A DNA stretch of 63,217 nucleotides, counting the filler, from Atractiella rhizophila (taxonomy: Eukaryota): assembly GCA_021432655.1 (NCBI GenBank). It is 3 parts of 3 records of this genome, joined end to end, with 100 filler letters (N's around TTAATTAATTAA, not from the genome) between each part and the next. Parts side by side here need not be neighbours in the genome. Positions count along the whole stretch, not along the records: positions 1 to 22,211 come from MU271819.1; positions 22,312 to 44,438 come from MU271820.1; 1 more part is not named here. One strand, given 5' to 3'. The notes beneath the pieces were generated by a model that made no database searches, had not been told where the DNA came from, and saw only the letters and a program-made list of their open reading frames with translations. Below, in pieces: positions 12,215 through 26,003 of this stretch. The stretch's first letter is position 1. Each line of letters opens with the position of its first letter. The position numbers and the translations under genes were made by a program.

Positions 12215-14314
12215 ATGGAGTCAGAGGAATTCGAAGAACCCCCTCTTCCTGAAGTCGAGTCTGAGCCTCTTGGACTTGAAGATTTGGAGCCGGTCGACGC
12301 AGTGGGTATTGACGCCGAGCCTGGCCTCGATGCGGCCTTGGGGGACCCACTCACTGGACCAGGGGATGTGATTGTAGACGAGGAAGAAGGAAGTGCCATG
12401 GTGCTATTGAAGAGCTATACCACGCTCGACTTCCTTATTGGCCTTTTTATTACGCTTGGAGGTAGATCCTTTCCTGTCTAACGTGGAAGAGACCTGATTT
12501 TGTTTTTACAGCCTCCATCCTTAATGCTTTAGGTGCGTGTCTCTCTCTATCTTGAAAGCTACCTTGAACTCATGAGTGGTTGTAGGATTAAACCTTGTTA
12601 AACTCTCACACAAGCAAAGCGAGTCCTCTCGAAACCGGTCCTCCTTCCGTCCACTGGCGTTTGTCGCTCCCCTCCAACGTGCAAAGAAGCGAGCTAACGA
12701 TTGGGTTGCAGAATCCTCGGTCTGCTCCTCTACATTCTCTCTCAACTTGTAGGAAGTACATTAGCGCTTTCCTACCTTCGCGCGGAATGGGTTGCGCCGT
12801 TAGGATCCACTTCGCTCATATTCAACTTCATCTTTGCCAATCTGCTGGTAGGGACTAAAATTACAAGAACTGATATTGTTGGCACTCTCACGATTGTGGT
12901 TGGAGTTGTCGGTGTACGTCTCTTCCTCTCTTATCCCCCTCTTTCCATAAAATGCCTACCATGGTTTGTGGTGACCAGGTCGTCCTGTTCTCTCAAATGC
13001 GACGCGGTGCAATCGACGTCGAATCAAACCTCTCGCTCTCCACTCTCAAGGATTTATGGGCGCGAAGCGGATGGATAACGTACCTAATCTTCCTTGAAAG
13101 TGCCACCATCACGCTCTTCTGGCTCGCAACAATAGGAGACGAAGTCCTGTTCGAGTCCCAGCGAATGGAGACACTACCCACCATAGTCGAGTCGGACAGC
13201 GAGACCGAGACGCAGACGAATGGAGGGAGGAGACGGCTGGATGTAGCGATGGAGAAGAAGAGTCTTGCGGATCGGGCAAAGATGGTTCTGGAGTGGGGTA
13301 AGAAGGGGAAGAAGAGGGCGAGGAGGGTGAGGAGAAACGTCAAGGCGAGGTTTGAAGGGTGGAGCATGAGACAACAGGAGATAACGGTGAAGAAGACAGT
13401 TGGTTTCTTGTGGGCTGCAACTGGTGGATTGCTCGCTGGCCAGAGTTTGGTCTTTGCTAAGTCGGCTGTCAAACTCGTTTCGGCTAGTTTCAGTGGCAAA
13501 GAGGGAAATCAGTTTGCCAGCCCGGTCGCAATTATCATTCTCCTTCTGTTGGGCATCACGAGCGTTGTGCAAGTTTATTGCTTGAACAAAGGTGTGCTCC
13601 TTCCTCTTTAGCGTGGGACAATTGATGAATACGATTTGGTGTCAAGGACTCCAGGTCTTCGATTCCACTCTCATTGTCCCCATCTTCTATGCGCTCTACA
13701 CGATAGGTGGCTTTGTCAATTCCCTCATCTACTTGAACGAATGGGACATTTATCGTACATGGGTCTTCACGCTCATCTGGCTCTCCATCGCCGTACTCAT
13801 AACTGGTGTCGCCATCCTTTCGTCAAAGAAACCAGAGGCGAAGCCGCTGCCCAAACGTACCTTCAATGACGATGGAGAAGAGGAGATTGAGGCTGGTTCT
13901 GGAGGAGCAATTAAGCTGAGAACCACGAAGAGAAAGTCGAAGGCTGCAGGATTGTTGGAGAAGGTAAAGAGTGCGGGCAAGGGTTCAAGACAAAAGGATG
14001 GAGGAGGGAAGGGGGAGTACGATGAGCTGGACAAGAGGATCTTGGATGAAGGATTAGACGAGGGAGAGTGGACTATCGGGAGCGAAGAAGATTCCGATGA
14101 GGATGACAGGGACGACAGCCAGCGTAATAGGCGGACGAGGGGAAATGATGCGAATCAGTCTCAGATTCAGCTCGTGAGATCAAGACGACCGACGGATGAA
14201 GGGGACGGCGCCTCGACGCCGATTTATTCCACGATCCCAGGGGGATCTGTAGCGAGCACAACTGAGTTCGGGAGCTTCGTGGACGCAGAAGTGGGGAGGA
14301 AGGATACTAGATAA
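12215..14314 (+). CDS. NIPA/DUF803-family (DMT superfamily) putative Mg2+ transporter, spliced
   Basis: Multiple TM segments with ASILNALG|LNLVK, VAPLGSTSLIFN, GLLAGQSLVFAKSAVKL, QVYCLNK|GLQVFDSTLIVPIFY. The start could instead be the ATG at 12398. Confidence 0.88.
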
Positions 14315-14445
14315 CCTGCCGATAGCATGGCCTTCCGTTGTGACACCTTATTATTGCTCTTTATTAACTTCATCGTTTCAGCACGCGGCTGTTTGTTTAA
14401 TACCATGGGTAAATAGAAAATGCAACATGTATGCTGCTTTATATC

Positions 14446-17246
14446 CTATAACAAGAAGTTCTTGGTAGAAAAGTAACTGCCTATACCTTCCATCGCTAGC
14501 TGGAGTTCTAAATCTTCGGCATTCATAGTTCTGTACTTATGTTCTGAGAAGGACACGTCTGGGAAAAGGAAGTCAGGGTCACTCTCGCACACTGTACCGT
14601 ATTCTGGAATGTCCCCATTGAGGAAGTAGTCCTTGATCCCCTTCGCCACACATGCTGATGGTTGGCCCCAGGAGCAATGCCCAAATCCATCTTGAATTAG
14701 AAGAGAAGCAGAGTCCTTGCCGAATGCTTGGGACATCAGCTTAGCGGCGGAGAGTGGCGTAACTGTGAATGTTTCCTCAGGAGAAGTAAGGCGAGACATG
14801 ATGTGACATACCAGGATCTCCTGTATTGCTGTTGTGGCGAACCATGTTAGCTTCGCTGTAGAATATTTGGAGGAAAGGAGCGTACCCAACAAAGAGGATA
14901 GGATACCTGCTCGCTTCAACGATCAATACAGACACTGAAATTGAAGAAAGCCTACTTCGGTTTGGCGAGTCCAGTTTCAATACTCCATGGTCCGCGATAC
15001 ACCTCATTGGCTTCAAAAGGCCAACTCTTGCAATGTGAAGCAAACTGGCCCCACTGTTCACCTATAGGCGAAGAATTAGTTCCTCTTGGCCTGGAGACAA
15101 GCGATGGGAACACACCTGACCACTTCGACACCAAGCTCATCTATCATCACGCTGAGTATCCTTTAGGTTTGCCGAACACTCAACTCACCTCGTGAATAAA
15201 ATCTCTGTGCTGATAAGTCGACATTTGTCGAACCACTGGGTCAGCGTCAGAGCACATTATCGCTTTCCTGTATACCTCTTGTGAGGCTAGCGTAAGACTT
15301 TACGCAAAAGGGCTAACGTTGCAGACATATATCCGTTCCAGAAAGGTCGATGGAAAACATTGTCATCCCACGGCTGTCGTTCCCCAGTCAAGACGTATTC
15401 TTTCCGAATAACCAAAGAAGCCTCACTAGATGTGGCCCAGGATCATAAAATTGGGCCATCAGACCCCGGACCATCTTCCCGTCTCCCCGCTCTAGCTTCG
15501 CGAGAGATTCAGCAAGGTGAGGCCACAAAGCTGGCTTGTACAGTCCCATGAAGATGACCATATGTAGATCATGAGTCGTAACCACCCCAGCCCCGAGGTC
15601 AAAATCGCTGACAGGGAGCGGACGGTTGAGCAGATCGGCAGATAATTTGATCAGACGTTGATCAATGGACATTGCCGTTGTGGAGTTGCCGGTTGCAAGG
15701 GAGCAACGAGCAGGGCCAGCCTTCGCACAATTGTCGATAAAGCCTTGGTACACCTACAGACATAATTCAACCCGCATCCAGTTAATCAAATTCAATCTCA
15801 CCTTGTCATTATCCTGCAAGGAGCTTTTGCAGCCACGTCCCATGTCCTGGTAATAGGAAACAACGTCCATAACCTGAGAACCTGTAAGAGAGCGCGCGAT
15901 TGTATCTATTCACGTACTCCATCCAAAACCAGGCGCTCAGTGAGCTGAACAGATTGTTAGTGACGCTCGACTGCTCAGAGAAGAGACGTGCTTCCGGAAA
16001 CATGGCAGCAAAAGTGCTCCCAAGTGTTGTTCCTGAACTGTCATCAGTTGTAAGCGCAATGGTGAGAAGAGACATGCCGTAGGAGAAGCTAGGAGAACAA
16101 GTCAGACGCGCAAGCTGAAGGCGATCACTGACCCCCAATACTTTAGAGTGTCCTCCCCCAGTGCTTCCATAATCCACTTCATGTCTCTCGCAGTGGCCGC
16201 CGTCCCAAGATTCCTGAAAAATTCGTGGTCACCATAGTTGACACAACTCCGCGAGTGTGCTTCAGCGAGTGCCTCGAATTTTCGGAACCATGCCATTTCT
16301 GATAGCTCGACAGCCTCTGTTTGGATTTCTGTCAGAGGCGATAAACCTTTATGAAGGTACGGTGACGCCTCTGGCACGATTCGAGCTTGATAAGGGTATC
16401 CTGAGAAACCCATGGACGAATCAGATGTGGCATTATGCTGAAAAGTCACCACACACCATGGGAGAAGAGCTGAGCAGCGCCGAGTGATGCAGACGCCTTA
16501 TCCTTGTAGCAATTCCTGCATGGTAATTGTTGACTGAACAATAGAGAATAGTTTACGGCGCTCACATGAGCGGCAGGGTCATATTCACTCCCCTTGGATC
16601 CCAAGAAACTATATCGTACCGACCACCTACTATTTTGGAGACGTATTCTCCTACTTCAACAACTGCTTCCGTTCCAGACCCTCCAGGACCGCTCAAAAGT
16701 CAGTAAGTCTAAATTATTCCTTCATCTGAAGGCAGCAGACAAACCCAGGATTGATGAACAAACTGCCTCTTCGCTCTGCAAAGGGGCTTGTTGCCGGTAG
16801 TCGGCGGAGCGCAAGAGAAACAGTAGAATTCGGATGTGGATTGAGATGCTTTCATCAGGATCAGCAAGCAAACTGACGTTGCTCATCAGCAGAAGAGCTT
16901 ACATCCATCGGTACAGTAACATAGGCACAATCCGTCTCAGGAACGTCTGGGCAAGCGAACCAGCTAATCCCTCCGTGCAGTCCATTAGACTGTTTCGCAA
17001 AGCGCCGTGATTTCGAAGCATCCTGACGCTGGAAAAATCAGGTAACGTTTGAACGTTAGATGAGTAGAGCGACACCTCATTTCTTTGCCCCAATCCCATA
17101 AAATTTGACAGGCCAGAGTATGCGCTCGCCATCCAAAAACAAAGAGGCACCAAAGCAACCAAAGCCTTCTTCTGCTTGCTTAAGCCGCTCTTTCGAGGAG
17201 TAGAGGGGGCATCGACGGGCAGCAACTGTTCCTTCCCCATGTTCAT
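14446..17246 (-). CDS. TAP-like (tripeptidyl-aminopeptidase-like) alpha/beta hydrolase with N-terminal membrane anchor, many exons
   Basis: GGSG, SWDPRG, GTAATARDMKWIMEALGEDTLKYWG, the SYG-T-LGSTFAAMFP nucleophile region split over micro-exons, VTPLSAAK and QDGFGHCS...SACV. Confidence 0.88.
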
Positions 17247-17767
17247 CAAACCCGCACTCCTGACTGAGAAAAATCAGTTGTTGTAAAAGCTGTCCTTCAG
17301 TGGATATGGGGGAAATACTACTATCCATGGCGGCTTTTGTATTGCTGTGCTATGTCTGACTTTAAATGGCCCGGGCGCACTATCTAAAAGGCAAAAGCTT
17401 CTTCGCACTGCTTCGCCGTTTTTAGAGAGCTGGTCTAGGGGTCAGATCTCCTGCGTGTTACTGTTTGACAATCGCGAGCGGTTGGGTCCACACAGCAGAG
17501 TTGGGATCGGCGGGGGACGCAAAGATTGCAGTGCAAGCTCAAAGCTAGAGTTATATTGCGAGAATTATTGTATTTAACACAGACAGACGACGAAGTTAAA
17601 AATGGTACCGATTGAAAAGGGGGATCAGTCGTATCTCCAAGCGTTTGCACGCGCTAGAACCCAAGAGATCAAAGCACAAGTGAATGTAGCGGTGGATATG
17701 TAGTGCGAAGATTACTAAGTGACATCTGATGTTGGACACAGAGCTCGTTGTACAGTGCGATCGATGG

Positions 17768-18631
17768 CTAAAACAGATCTTCGAGGGTCATTTGCTTTGC
17801 GATGTCCTGATCACAGAGTCACCATTTTCAGGCTGAGAAGAGGGAACTGACCGTGTTTGCAACCATATCCTTGAATTCGTCAAAACTGAGTTTTCCGTCC
17901 CTGCATTGTTTTCAGTTTAGTTAGCTTTACCTAAAGAAATCATACCCATCCTGATCAGCTTCAAGAATAGTCTTATCCACAATCTGCTGTAGTTGTTGGT
18001 CCTGCGCGACAAACAGGCGTCAAAGAGATGATACACCATGAGAAAATAGCAGACATACTTTCAGATTGTTTCCCACCATCATCTTCAACACCAGGAAGAG
18101 CTCTCCATTGGAGATAAATCCATCACGATCCATGTCGTAAACTTTGAAAGCAACTAGTACAAGGGAGAAAGCTCATTCATCAATCCATGTTGAGCAATGC
18201 AAGCACGAACATTTGAGTTTGTCTTCCCGATCTCCACGAGAGCTGAATGCGCTTAGTCCAGCTACGAATTCCTGGAAATCGACCGTACCACCGCCACTTG
18301 AAATGGCACGGAGACAGCTCAGTCTCTCGCTCATCGCCCAAAGTTGACACATGCAGAAACTTACTCTTCATCAAAGATAGCAATCATTCTACTAGCTAGC
18401 GGATTTGAGGCGATTTGAGGGAGCTGAAGGAATTCATCCTTGTCAATCGACCCGCTTCCATCTTTGTCAAGCTTCATGAACCTTTTCTTCAACCGCTGAA
18501 TCTCTGCTCCAGAGACTATCGCAAGCCAGGCCATTAGCGGTCACAGCGTGATGCAAAAAGAGAGCAAAGGAAGGCATACAGTTGGAGTTTTTCTCCATCT
18601 CCTCTAGCAACTGAGAACCTGATTGACCCAT
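17768..18631 (-). CDS. CNB1: Calcineurin regulatory subunit B
   Basis: Myristoylation start MGQSGSQ and four EF-hands ([36 protein letters not shown]); [15 protein letters not shown]; ends MTLEDLF*. Confidence 0.97.
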
Positions 18632-18792
18632 CCTGCTGTGCCTTCAACGAGGAGATCGAAAGCGCCGTTGGACAAGATTGAGCTGACAACCGTCAAGAGA
18701 AATGCGCTTTGCCAATGATCCTGGATGCAAGCTCAACTAGTTGCTGGATCGTTGGAAGGTGCGATTTTCCAGTTTCCAGACGGTACCGCAGT

Positions 18793-18800
18793 GTCACGTG
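18793..18800. promoter_or_regulatory. GTCACGTG E-box in the CNB1/RBG1 divergent promoter
   Basis: Exact octamer (reverse complement of CACGTGAC). Confidence 0.45.
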
Positions 18801-18894
18801 CGGAATCCCTGGCAAGATTTCTCCAGACGACGACTGGTATCTCAATTCCAGAATCTTGCACAAATTTTTGGTGTTGTGAATAAATTCTTTTAAG

Positions 18895-20856
18895 ATGAGT
18901 ACTGTGCAAAAGTGAGAATTGTTCGATCAGAATATAAGCATGTTACTGACGAGCAGTCTAGGATCAAAGAAATCGAGGAGGAGATGGCGAAGACGCAGAA
19001 GAATAAGGCCACTGTGTGTTTCCTCTCTCCTTCTTATAGTACTGAGCTCCTGAATTTTTGTTAGTCCTTCCACCTGGGTCAACTCAAAGGCACATGTTCC
19101 CACAATGGATTTCAGCTCTACCACTGCTGACTCTACATTTTGTCGAATTGCAGCTAAACTCGCGAAGCTCAAGCGCGAGCTCATTACTCCAAGTGGAGGA
19201 GGAGGAGGAGGAGGAGGTATAGGGTTCGACGTTGCTCGTACCGGTATTGCATCTGTGGGGTTTGTCGGATGTCAGTCCTTCCCGTGTGCCATCTCCTAGG
19301 AAGCGCTGAACGCTTTGCTTTGTAGTTCCCTCGGTGGGAAAATCCTCGTTAATGAGTGGACTGACGGGCACCGAATCTATCGCCGCTGCCTATGAGTTTA
19401 CGACTCTCACCACCGTACCGGGAACGATGAATGTTAAAGGTGCACAGGTGCAGGTAAAATCTGTATCTTTCATATTTGCAGCCAGGACAAACTAATGAGA
19501 TTTAACAGATCCTTGATCTTCCAGGTATAACTGTCCGAGATTATCGCCCAGCTTGCTGACTTTATTGCGTAGGAATTATTGAAGGTGCCAAAGACGGAAA
19601 AGGACGTGGACGACAGGTTATCGCAGGTTTATATTCTTACCCGTCCAGAAATGAGTTTCCGTCTAACAAAATTTTAAAAGTGGCACGAACATGTCATCTA
19701 ATCTTCATCGTCCTTGATGTCCTAAAACCGCTCAAAGATAAACAGATTATTGAAGGCGAGCTGGAAGGATTTGGGATCCGCCTTAATAAGACGCCACCCA
19801 ACATTCTCATCAGGAAAAAAGATAAAGGAGGGATCACAGGTATTTCACCACCGGTGAACTAATTGGTGCGGTCAGACTAATCTGAGCGTATAGTTTCCAA
19901 TACAGTGCCATTAACAAATATCGAACCGGAAGAAGTGAAAGCAGTCCTCGCAGAGTATCGAATCTGTGCGTATTTCTTGCACATTATTTCACATCATGTT
20001 GAGATGCGTTGTATATAGCAAATGCAGACGTTGCGTTCCGGTGTGATGCTACATTGGACGACCTGATAGATGTTGTTGGTGAGCATTTTCATAATCTGCG
20101 CGAGTCAGTTTGTAACCCAGAATAGAGGGAAACCGAGTGTACATTCCAGCGATCTATGTACTCAACAAGATAGATGCAATCTCGGTGAGTTTGTTGGCTA
20201 AATTCGCCATCATGTTATCTAATAATCTAACAGATAGAGGAGTTGGGTATGACTCTAACCTCATCCTGGTGATGTTAACTGACGTTTGTGTTCAGATCTT
20301 CTCTACAGAATTCCAAATTCTGTCCCTATCTCAGCGAAGCTCTGGTTGAATATTGACGAGCTAGTCGACGTGATGTGGGAGCGGCTTGACCTATGTCGAA
20401 TGTGCATTCTCGATCTTCACTTTATCCTCCTCCTTCTCATAGCAGCCTATTATCCTTTCTAGATACACGAAACCGCGAGGCCAACTTCCAGACTATTCAG
20501 CCCCAGTTGTTCTGCGGCGTTCCAAGAGCTCGGTGGAGGATTTCTGCAATGCTATTCACAAGGAAATTTTCAAGCAAATGAAGTAGTGCGTGGCCCTATC
20601 CTTGGCTCTGAAGTCCGGAGCAGTTAACGAAATGTGGACCAAATGTAGCGCGATTGTGTGGGGTACCAGCGCGAAGCATGCTCGGGGACAGAAGGTAGGG
20701 GGAGATCACGTCTTGGAGGTATGTTCTTTGCTGGTCATTTAGACGCAGACGGTCATGGCTGAATATGAATAGGACGAGGATGTCGTTTGCAGTACGCTCT
20801 CTCTTTTTTCACTTATGGAACGTCCTCTCACCGTACGACTAGTCATCAAGAAGTAG
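18895..20856 (+). CDS. RBG1: Developmentally regulated GTP-binding protein DRG1/Rbg1, highly fragmented into exons
   Basis: [24 protein letters not shown]1 [44 protein letters not shown], and a TGS domain ending HVLE|DEDVV...IKK*. Confidence 0.96.
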
Positions 20857-20901
20857 TCTTTACAACATTTCATAAAAATGTGAAATATGTGTACATAATC
20901 A

Positions 20902-22211
20902 TCAACTGGGAAGCTCGGCAATTGATTTCCTGAACGTGCCCTGTAACCAGACGCGATACATTTTAAGCTGCCTCAGACGATTGAGCAGTAATCGTTTATC
21001 AACGCCCAGGTGCAATTTTTGAAAAGATGTTTCCGCTCCAGAGCAGAATATTGACTCTACCTCGTCTTGATCACAAATGAGTATTTTCACAACACAATAA
21101 ATGGACGAATGTACCAAGTGTGAAAAAATAGACCCTTGTCCCGTCACCTCTTACATAAAGGTTTGGTTCCATGTACCGTGAGTTCTTGAACCTCAACTGC
21201 GCCATATCGAATCGTCCATAATCGCGAAAAATGAGGAGCCCTCCAGGTTTCAGCATCTGCATGAGGTGGTAAGCTCCCCTTGACCGCGTAAAGTGGAGAG
21301 AATACCTTTTGAACGTTTTGTACGGCTTGCGACCATTCCTTTGGATGCAGAGCGCTGAATACGAATATGAGAGTCACGATGTCGAGTGACTCTTCTTCGA
21401 CGCATTGTGGGGGTCCCAGAGGGCTTGAAAGGTCCCACACGTCAGAAAGACATTTGGTTGTATCATAAGCTGGGTTTGACTGCATCGACATCGAGTATCA
21501 GCTTGAGTAACAGATTCTAGAGACGTGAGAGTTCCCCTACACGAACGATGCTGACAGCCTGCTGAGAATAGTCGAAGGCGTAGATAAAGAACTCCGGATT
21601 CTGATTTGCTGCGAGGAGAGGAAACAGCGTGCTGCCATTTCCGCATCCTATCTCTGCTACTCGCTTGGGACCTGCCTGTCGACAGCAGAGGATTAATCCG
21701 AGTGTTGAAGACAGGAAAAATACCATAGAAAATCGCACGCTTTCCTCCAAGGCACTTTTCAGTTCCTCGAATTCAGCAGCGATCCAGGCGCGCTCTTTGA
21801 AGAACTTGTCCTTGACTTGTGTGTAGAAAGTATCCCAATAGCTGGCTGGGGCAGCGTTCAGCAGCTCTACAACCAACTTTATCAGAGCCTTTACTTGATG
21901 TCGCAAGGATAAAAATGAGATGAACCTTGTTGATCTTGAGGAACAGGGCTACCTTTCTGCATCTCTATCGTTGCGTTTGCTAACAGAAGTTGGTCTTCAT
22001 CCCATTCGACGTTGTCCCTGTCAAAACAATAAGGAGATGTGTACACTGCACAGAACTTGAAAGAGAATGCTCACCAAGCATTGTGCGTCCATGGATCTCC
22101 ATCAGAAGTCAACATTCTCCCACCAAACTTCGACGGTGCGCCATTTATCACGTCTCCTACCCTTCCCGGAGATATCATTTCGGGAGGTGTATCCATCCCC
22201 TCAAGGATTTT
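20902..22211 (-). CDS. TRM140: tRNA m3C32 methyltransferase (Trm140/Abp140, METTL2/6 family); start at 22196 or 5'-truncated at the spacer
   Basis: FGGRML...HNAW|DNVEW, YWDTFY...[64 protein letters not shown]. Confidence 0.93.
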
Positions 22212-22311
22212 NNNNNNNNNNNNNNNNNNNNNNNNNNNNNNNNNNNNNNNNNNNNTTAATTAATTAANNNNNNNNNNNNNNNNNNNNNNNNNNNNNNNNN
22301 NNNNNNNNNNN
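22212..22311. other. Artificial contig/scaffold spacer
   Basis: 44 N + TTAATTAATTAA (stops in all six frames) + 44 N; identical to the spacer at 44439-44538. Confidence 0.97.
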
Positions 22312-24512
22312 GGTCTCATGTTTGTGGACGATAAGGATATGGATGTGATAAGGGAAGCGTAGGATAAAGTGGGAAGGGAAGGGAGGACGGAGCTTTATAA
22401 GAGCTTTTGCGAACGAGACAGGGGCTGAGACCTCTTTGTTTGTCCGTCGATTCGGCACAGAATCTCACTCGGACGACGTGACGCGAAACCAAATCCCGCC
22501 GCCGTCGGACTCTGTGACGGGATTGAACTTTGCTGCACAAATGAGGCTTCACTTGAAAAAGCTCCTGCTTCTAGAGCGCGGGCCGTTGTTTGGAGAGTTG
22601 GGTGGTTGGACCAGCCCAGACAACCGTCGCGACGTCTCAATTGAGAATGTTCTCCATGTTATACTATCGTCATCACCAAGCTGCGTGGTCGGCGTTTTAC
22701 GACAGTCCAATGACCAAGGCGGCAAATTCCTGGCCTACGCCTGACCATAACTTATGGAAATGATATTCATCCATCAAGGCAGCGCAATATACTGGTTGGT
22801 TAGCGACTGCACTAGACCTTCTCAGCTGCATTCTCAGCGGCTGATTTTGAACGACCCGTCTGAGCGGTTCGTGTCTGGGTCCGAAATAAACCCAGACGAG
22901 TACTGTAGTAAAGCAAGAGGGAAACACGGAAGGGACAGCCAATTATTGAAACAAATCGATCTAAAAGTACGCTACCGAGGACGAAAGTTAGTCAGACCAA
23001 GGCCTTGCCAAACTGCGCCATATCCTTAACGAGACGCTTTCCTTTCGAGTGGGCTCGTGGACTTAATATTCTCGCATCCAGCTCGCTTCGAAGAAACACG
23101 TTTATCGACAAACAATCCAAGTCCTTGTCAGATAAGGAGAAGGAACGCAAATCGCAAATCATGGGCCCTTTGGCGTCTGTGTCAATGTCAAAATCAGAAA
23201 GAGGTAATCGTTCCTCTTAGCCTTTAACATGAGGCCAGCAAAGGCACCAAAAATGACTAAACAAAGGTCGAAAGTGTACAGAGGAAGAAGTTATCACTTC
23301 CAAACCTACATGCACTTTTGACAAAGTCGACAAGAATGTGAGCATGTATACGGTAACGATTCTTCTAGCATCAACGATTTTGAACCAACCGTGTCCATAA
23401 CGATACGACAAAACCATCGAGCAGATTCGATAGCAGATTCTGACCGAAATGTCAAAGCATGTATGTAACCTGCTACCTTCGCAGCATGGCAGGTCATCTC
23501 TCATGAAGAAACCACGAAATATTGACCTAAGGTATAGAAGAAATATTGGGCTCCGAGGAGATCCTTACGGCACGATCTCCCCTGAAGCAAAGCGAAAGCT
23601 CACATTTCGCCAAAGGGCTATTGTCAACATGCCAGATCGCTCCATGTTCTGCTACCTTACTCCCATAAAAACTCCACATAGTCTTTCGTGTCCATATATA
23701 ACGCATGTAGACGTTTTGATAATCAAATAGTGAAAGCTGTTGACATGGTATATAGCATCTTACAGCGAGATCGCGGATGGAGATCAAAACTGAGATTTCA
23801 AAACTATGAACTATATTGATCACTCTGAACTTCCATCAACGTCACCGTGAAAGCCTGCAGTCCAATCAACCAGAATCAACAATCGCCCGCTTTCCAAGGC
23901 AGTCTTGTATCAGGTTCACAAATACCAAAAGCACGCAAAATAACTTACATCTTGATTTAACTGGTAAGTCCTTTTTTTTCTCCTGCTGGGAAGTCGTGTT
24001 CCCGCCAAGAAGTGCTCGACATCCGTGGAGCGGCTGATATCCCTACCATCTTCCGTGAAAGGGATATGTATATCGTGCCATCTGCATACATGTATGCAGA
24101 GCGGACTGAAAGGAAGCTGCAGGTAGTGCTGCAATCAATATCTCTGGATCATCGCAATAGATGGATGATACCTGCAGAGGTGAATGCCTTTGACAGCTGG
24201 ATACGTCCCTGTGGGCCGTCACTTGTAATAGTGCACCAATTTTTGACGCTACTTTGGTTGGCGTTATTCTGCTGAAGTTATTCCTCCTCATATTCATCAA
24301 AGCTCTACCAACTTGATCGCAACAATTTGCGGCGAGGAGCAATGTTAATGTAATCTGTGACTGCCAATACCGCTGAACGAGCAGTACTGTCGCGTGCCAG
24401 ATCCTGGCTGACGTTACTTCACGGGTTTGTACTGCTGCACGTTCCTGTCATTCCAGATTTTTCAATTGGTTCCACACTAATTGATCTTTCTGCAATCAGA
24501 ACTCCACACAAA

Positions 24513-25838
24513 ATGACCGCCAAACCAGTTCCCCTCCCCAAAAAGCGACGTCCACTCATTCCACACGCCCGTCTTGAGAGCACGAATAGTACAACTTCTG
24601 CAGATGCGAGTTGTGAATCGAACGACGAAGCGACGTCTGATGATTTAGGGTCATCCGACTCTCCAGCGACTGTAATCCATCGCCGGCCAACCATCACGCA
24701 CGCGCTCATGGTGAACGGCAGCTTTGAAGAGACGCACAGACCCTACGCAGAGGGAGAAGAAGGATACGACGGCGACATTGAGAGTACAGCGGACGGGAGA
24801 ATCACCCCACCGAACACGCCACCGCGACCTAAGCACGTTCACGCAACCCAGCGAAGACCTCCTCCGGTTCCCTCGTTCAATCTCGAGCCTGGCAGTACCG
24901 GCGATGTCAAGATGCGCAGGACGAATAGCTCGTCATCCTTCGATCCTGTTGAACATGAAAAGCTGGCAACTATGGGCACGGAGGAGCTACAAGAATATGT
25001 GAAGAGCGTGGTTGAGAATCAAAGTGAAGAGGTCGTGCGAGAGAGAGGATTCAGGATTAACGCTCCGCCAGTAGGTCGCACTGTGCGATTGTACGCTGAT
25101 GGTGCGTCACTCCTCCTCTACTATTGTATTGACTGTTGAGGATGGATGGATAGGCGTATACGACCTATTCCACTATGCTCACGCTTTGTCCTTCCGTCAA
25201 GCCAAGCTCATGTTCCCTTCCGTCCATCTCCTGGTCGGTGTCTGTTCAGACGAGCTCGTGATGCGCTACAAGAACAAAACCATTCTCACCTCACAAGAAC
25301 GGTACGAGTCAGTACGAAACTGTAGATGGGTGGATGAAGTGGTTGAAGATGCGCCATGGGAGATCGATCAGGAATTTCTTGACCGTCATAAGATTGATTA
25401 TGTCGTCCACGATGCGGAACCGTACAAGGGCGAGAACTCAGACGACGTCTATGGGTTCGTGAAGAAGAAGGGGATGTTCATGCCTTCCCGGTTCGTCTTT
25501 TCGTTTCATACACTCTGTTAACTAATTATCGTCATGTGGATGGCTGGGCGGATAGGAGGACGGCGGGAATCTCGACCTCTGACCTGCTCCAACGCATCGT
25601 CATTGGCTACAAAGAAGGCTGTTACGACGGAAAGTTGATTAAGATCGGTCATCCTGAGCTCGCTTCCCACCCTCCGAGTGACACGGAGATGTCACCCAAT
25701 CCGTCGAAGGGGGGCAGGAAGCTGCTCTCACCTCCATCGGAGGACGGCAGCAGACCTGCCTCACCGAAGGTGCCGCAGAGCCCGAGGGAGGAGGAGGCTG
25801 ATGATGAGAAGGGGAAGATCGCGGAGAGGAGGGATTAA
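24513..25838 (+). CDS. PCT1: Choline-phosphate cytidylyltransferase, spliced
   Basis: INAPPVGRTVRLYADG|VYDLFHYAH...RQAK, ERYESVRNCRWVDEVVEDAPW, IDYVVHD, RTAGISTSDLLQRIV. Confidence 0.93.
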
Positions 25839-26003
25839 GGGTCGCAGGTTTGAGTTGTGGAGGCTGAGGCAAAAGGATAATTTATTCATGAAATCTAAGA
25901 CTGGGCTTCAAGGTAAAGATACATACGCGCTGTATCCGTTCTGATTGTCGATAGATTTGTACGTGTAATGAATTTCAGCATATACAATCGTCCTACAAAC
26001 TGC

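Noticed and set aside
19195..19218. (GGA)n microsatellite
   Set aside because: It encodes the Gly-rich linker normally present in DRG1/Rbg1.
22256..22267. TTAATTAATTAA palindrome as a biological site
   Set aside because: It is centred in exactly 44+44 N and repeated identically at 44483-44494, so it is an artificial spacer.
22600..24340. Many short overlapping ORFs suggesting a decayed gene
   Set aside because: No recognisable motif or consistent splice pattern.
25156..25185. HYAH instead of HxGH in PCT1 as a sign of an inactive enzyme
   Set aside because: All other motifs are intact and I recall HxAH variants in basidiomycete homologs; an alignment is needed before making any claim.
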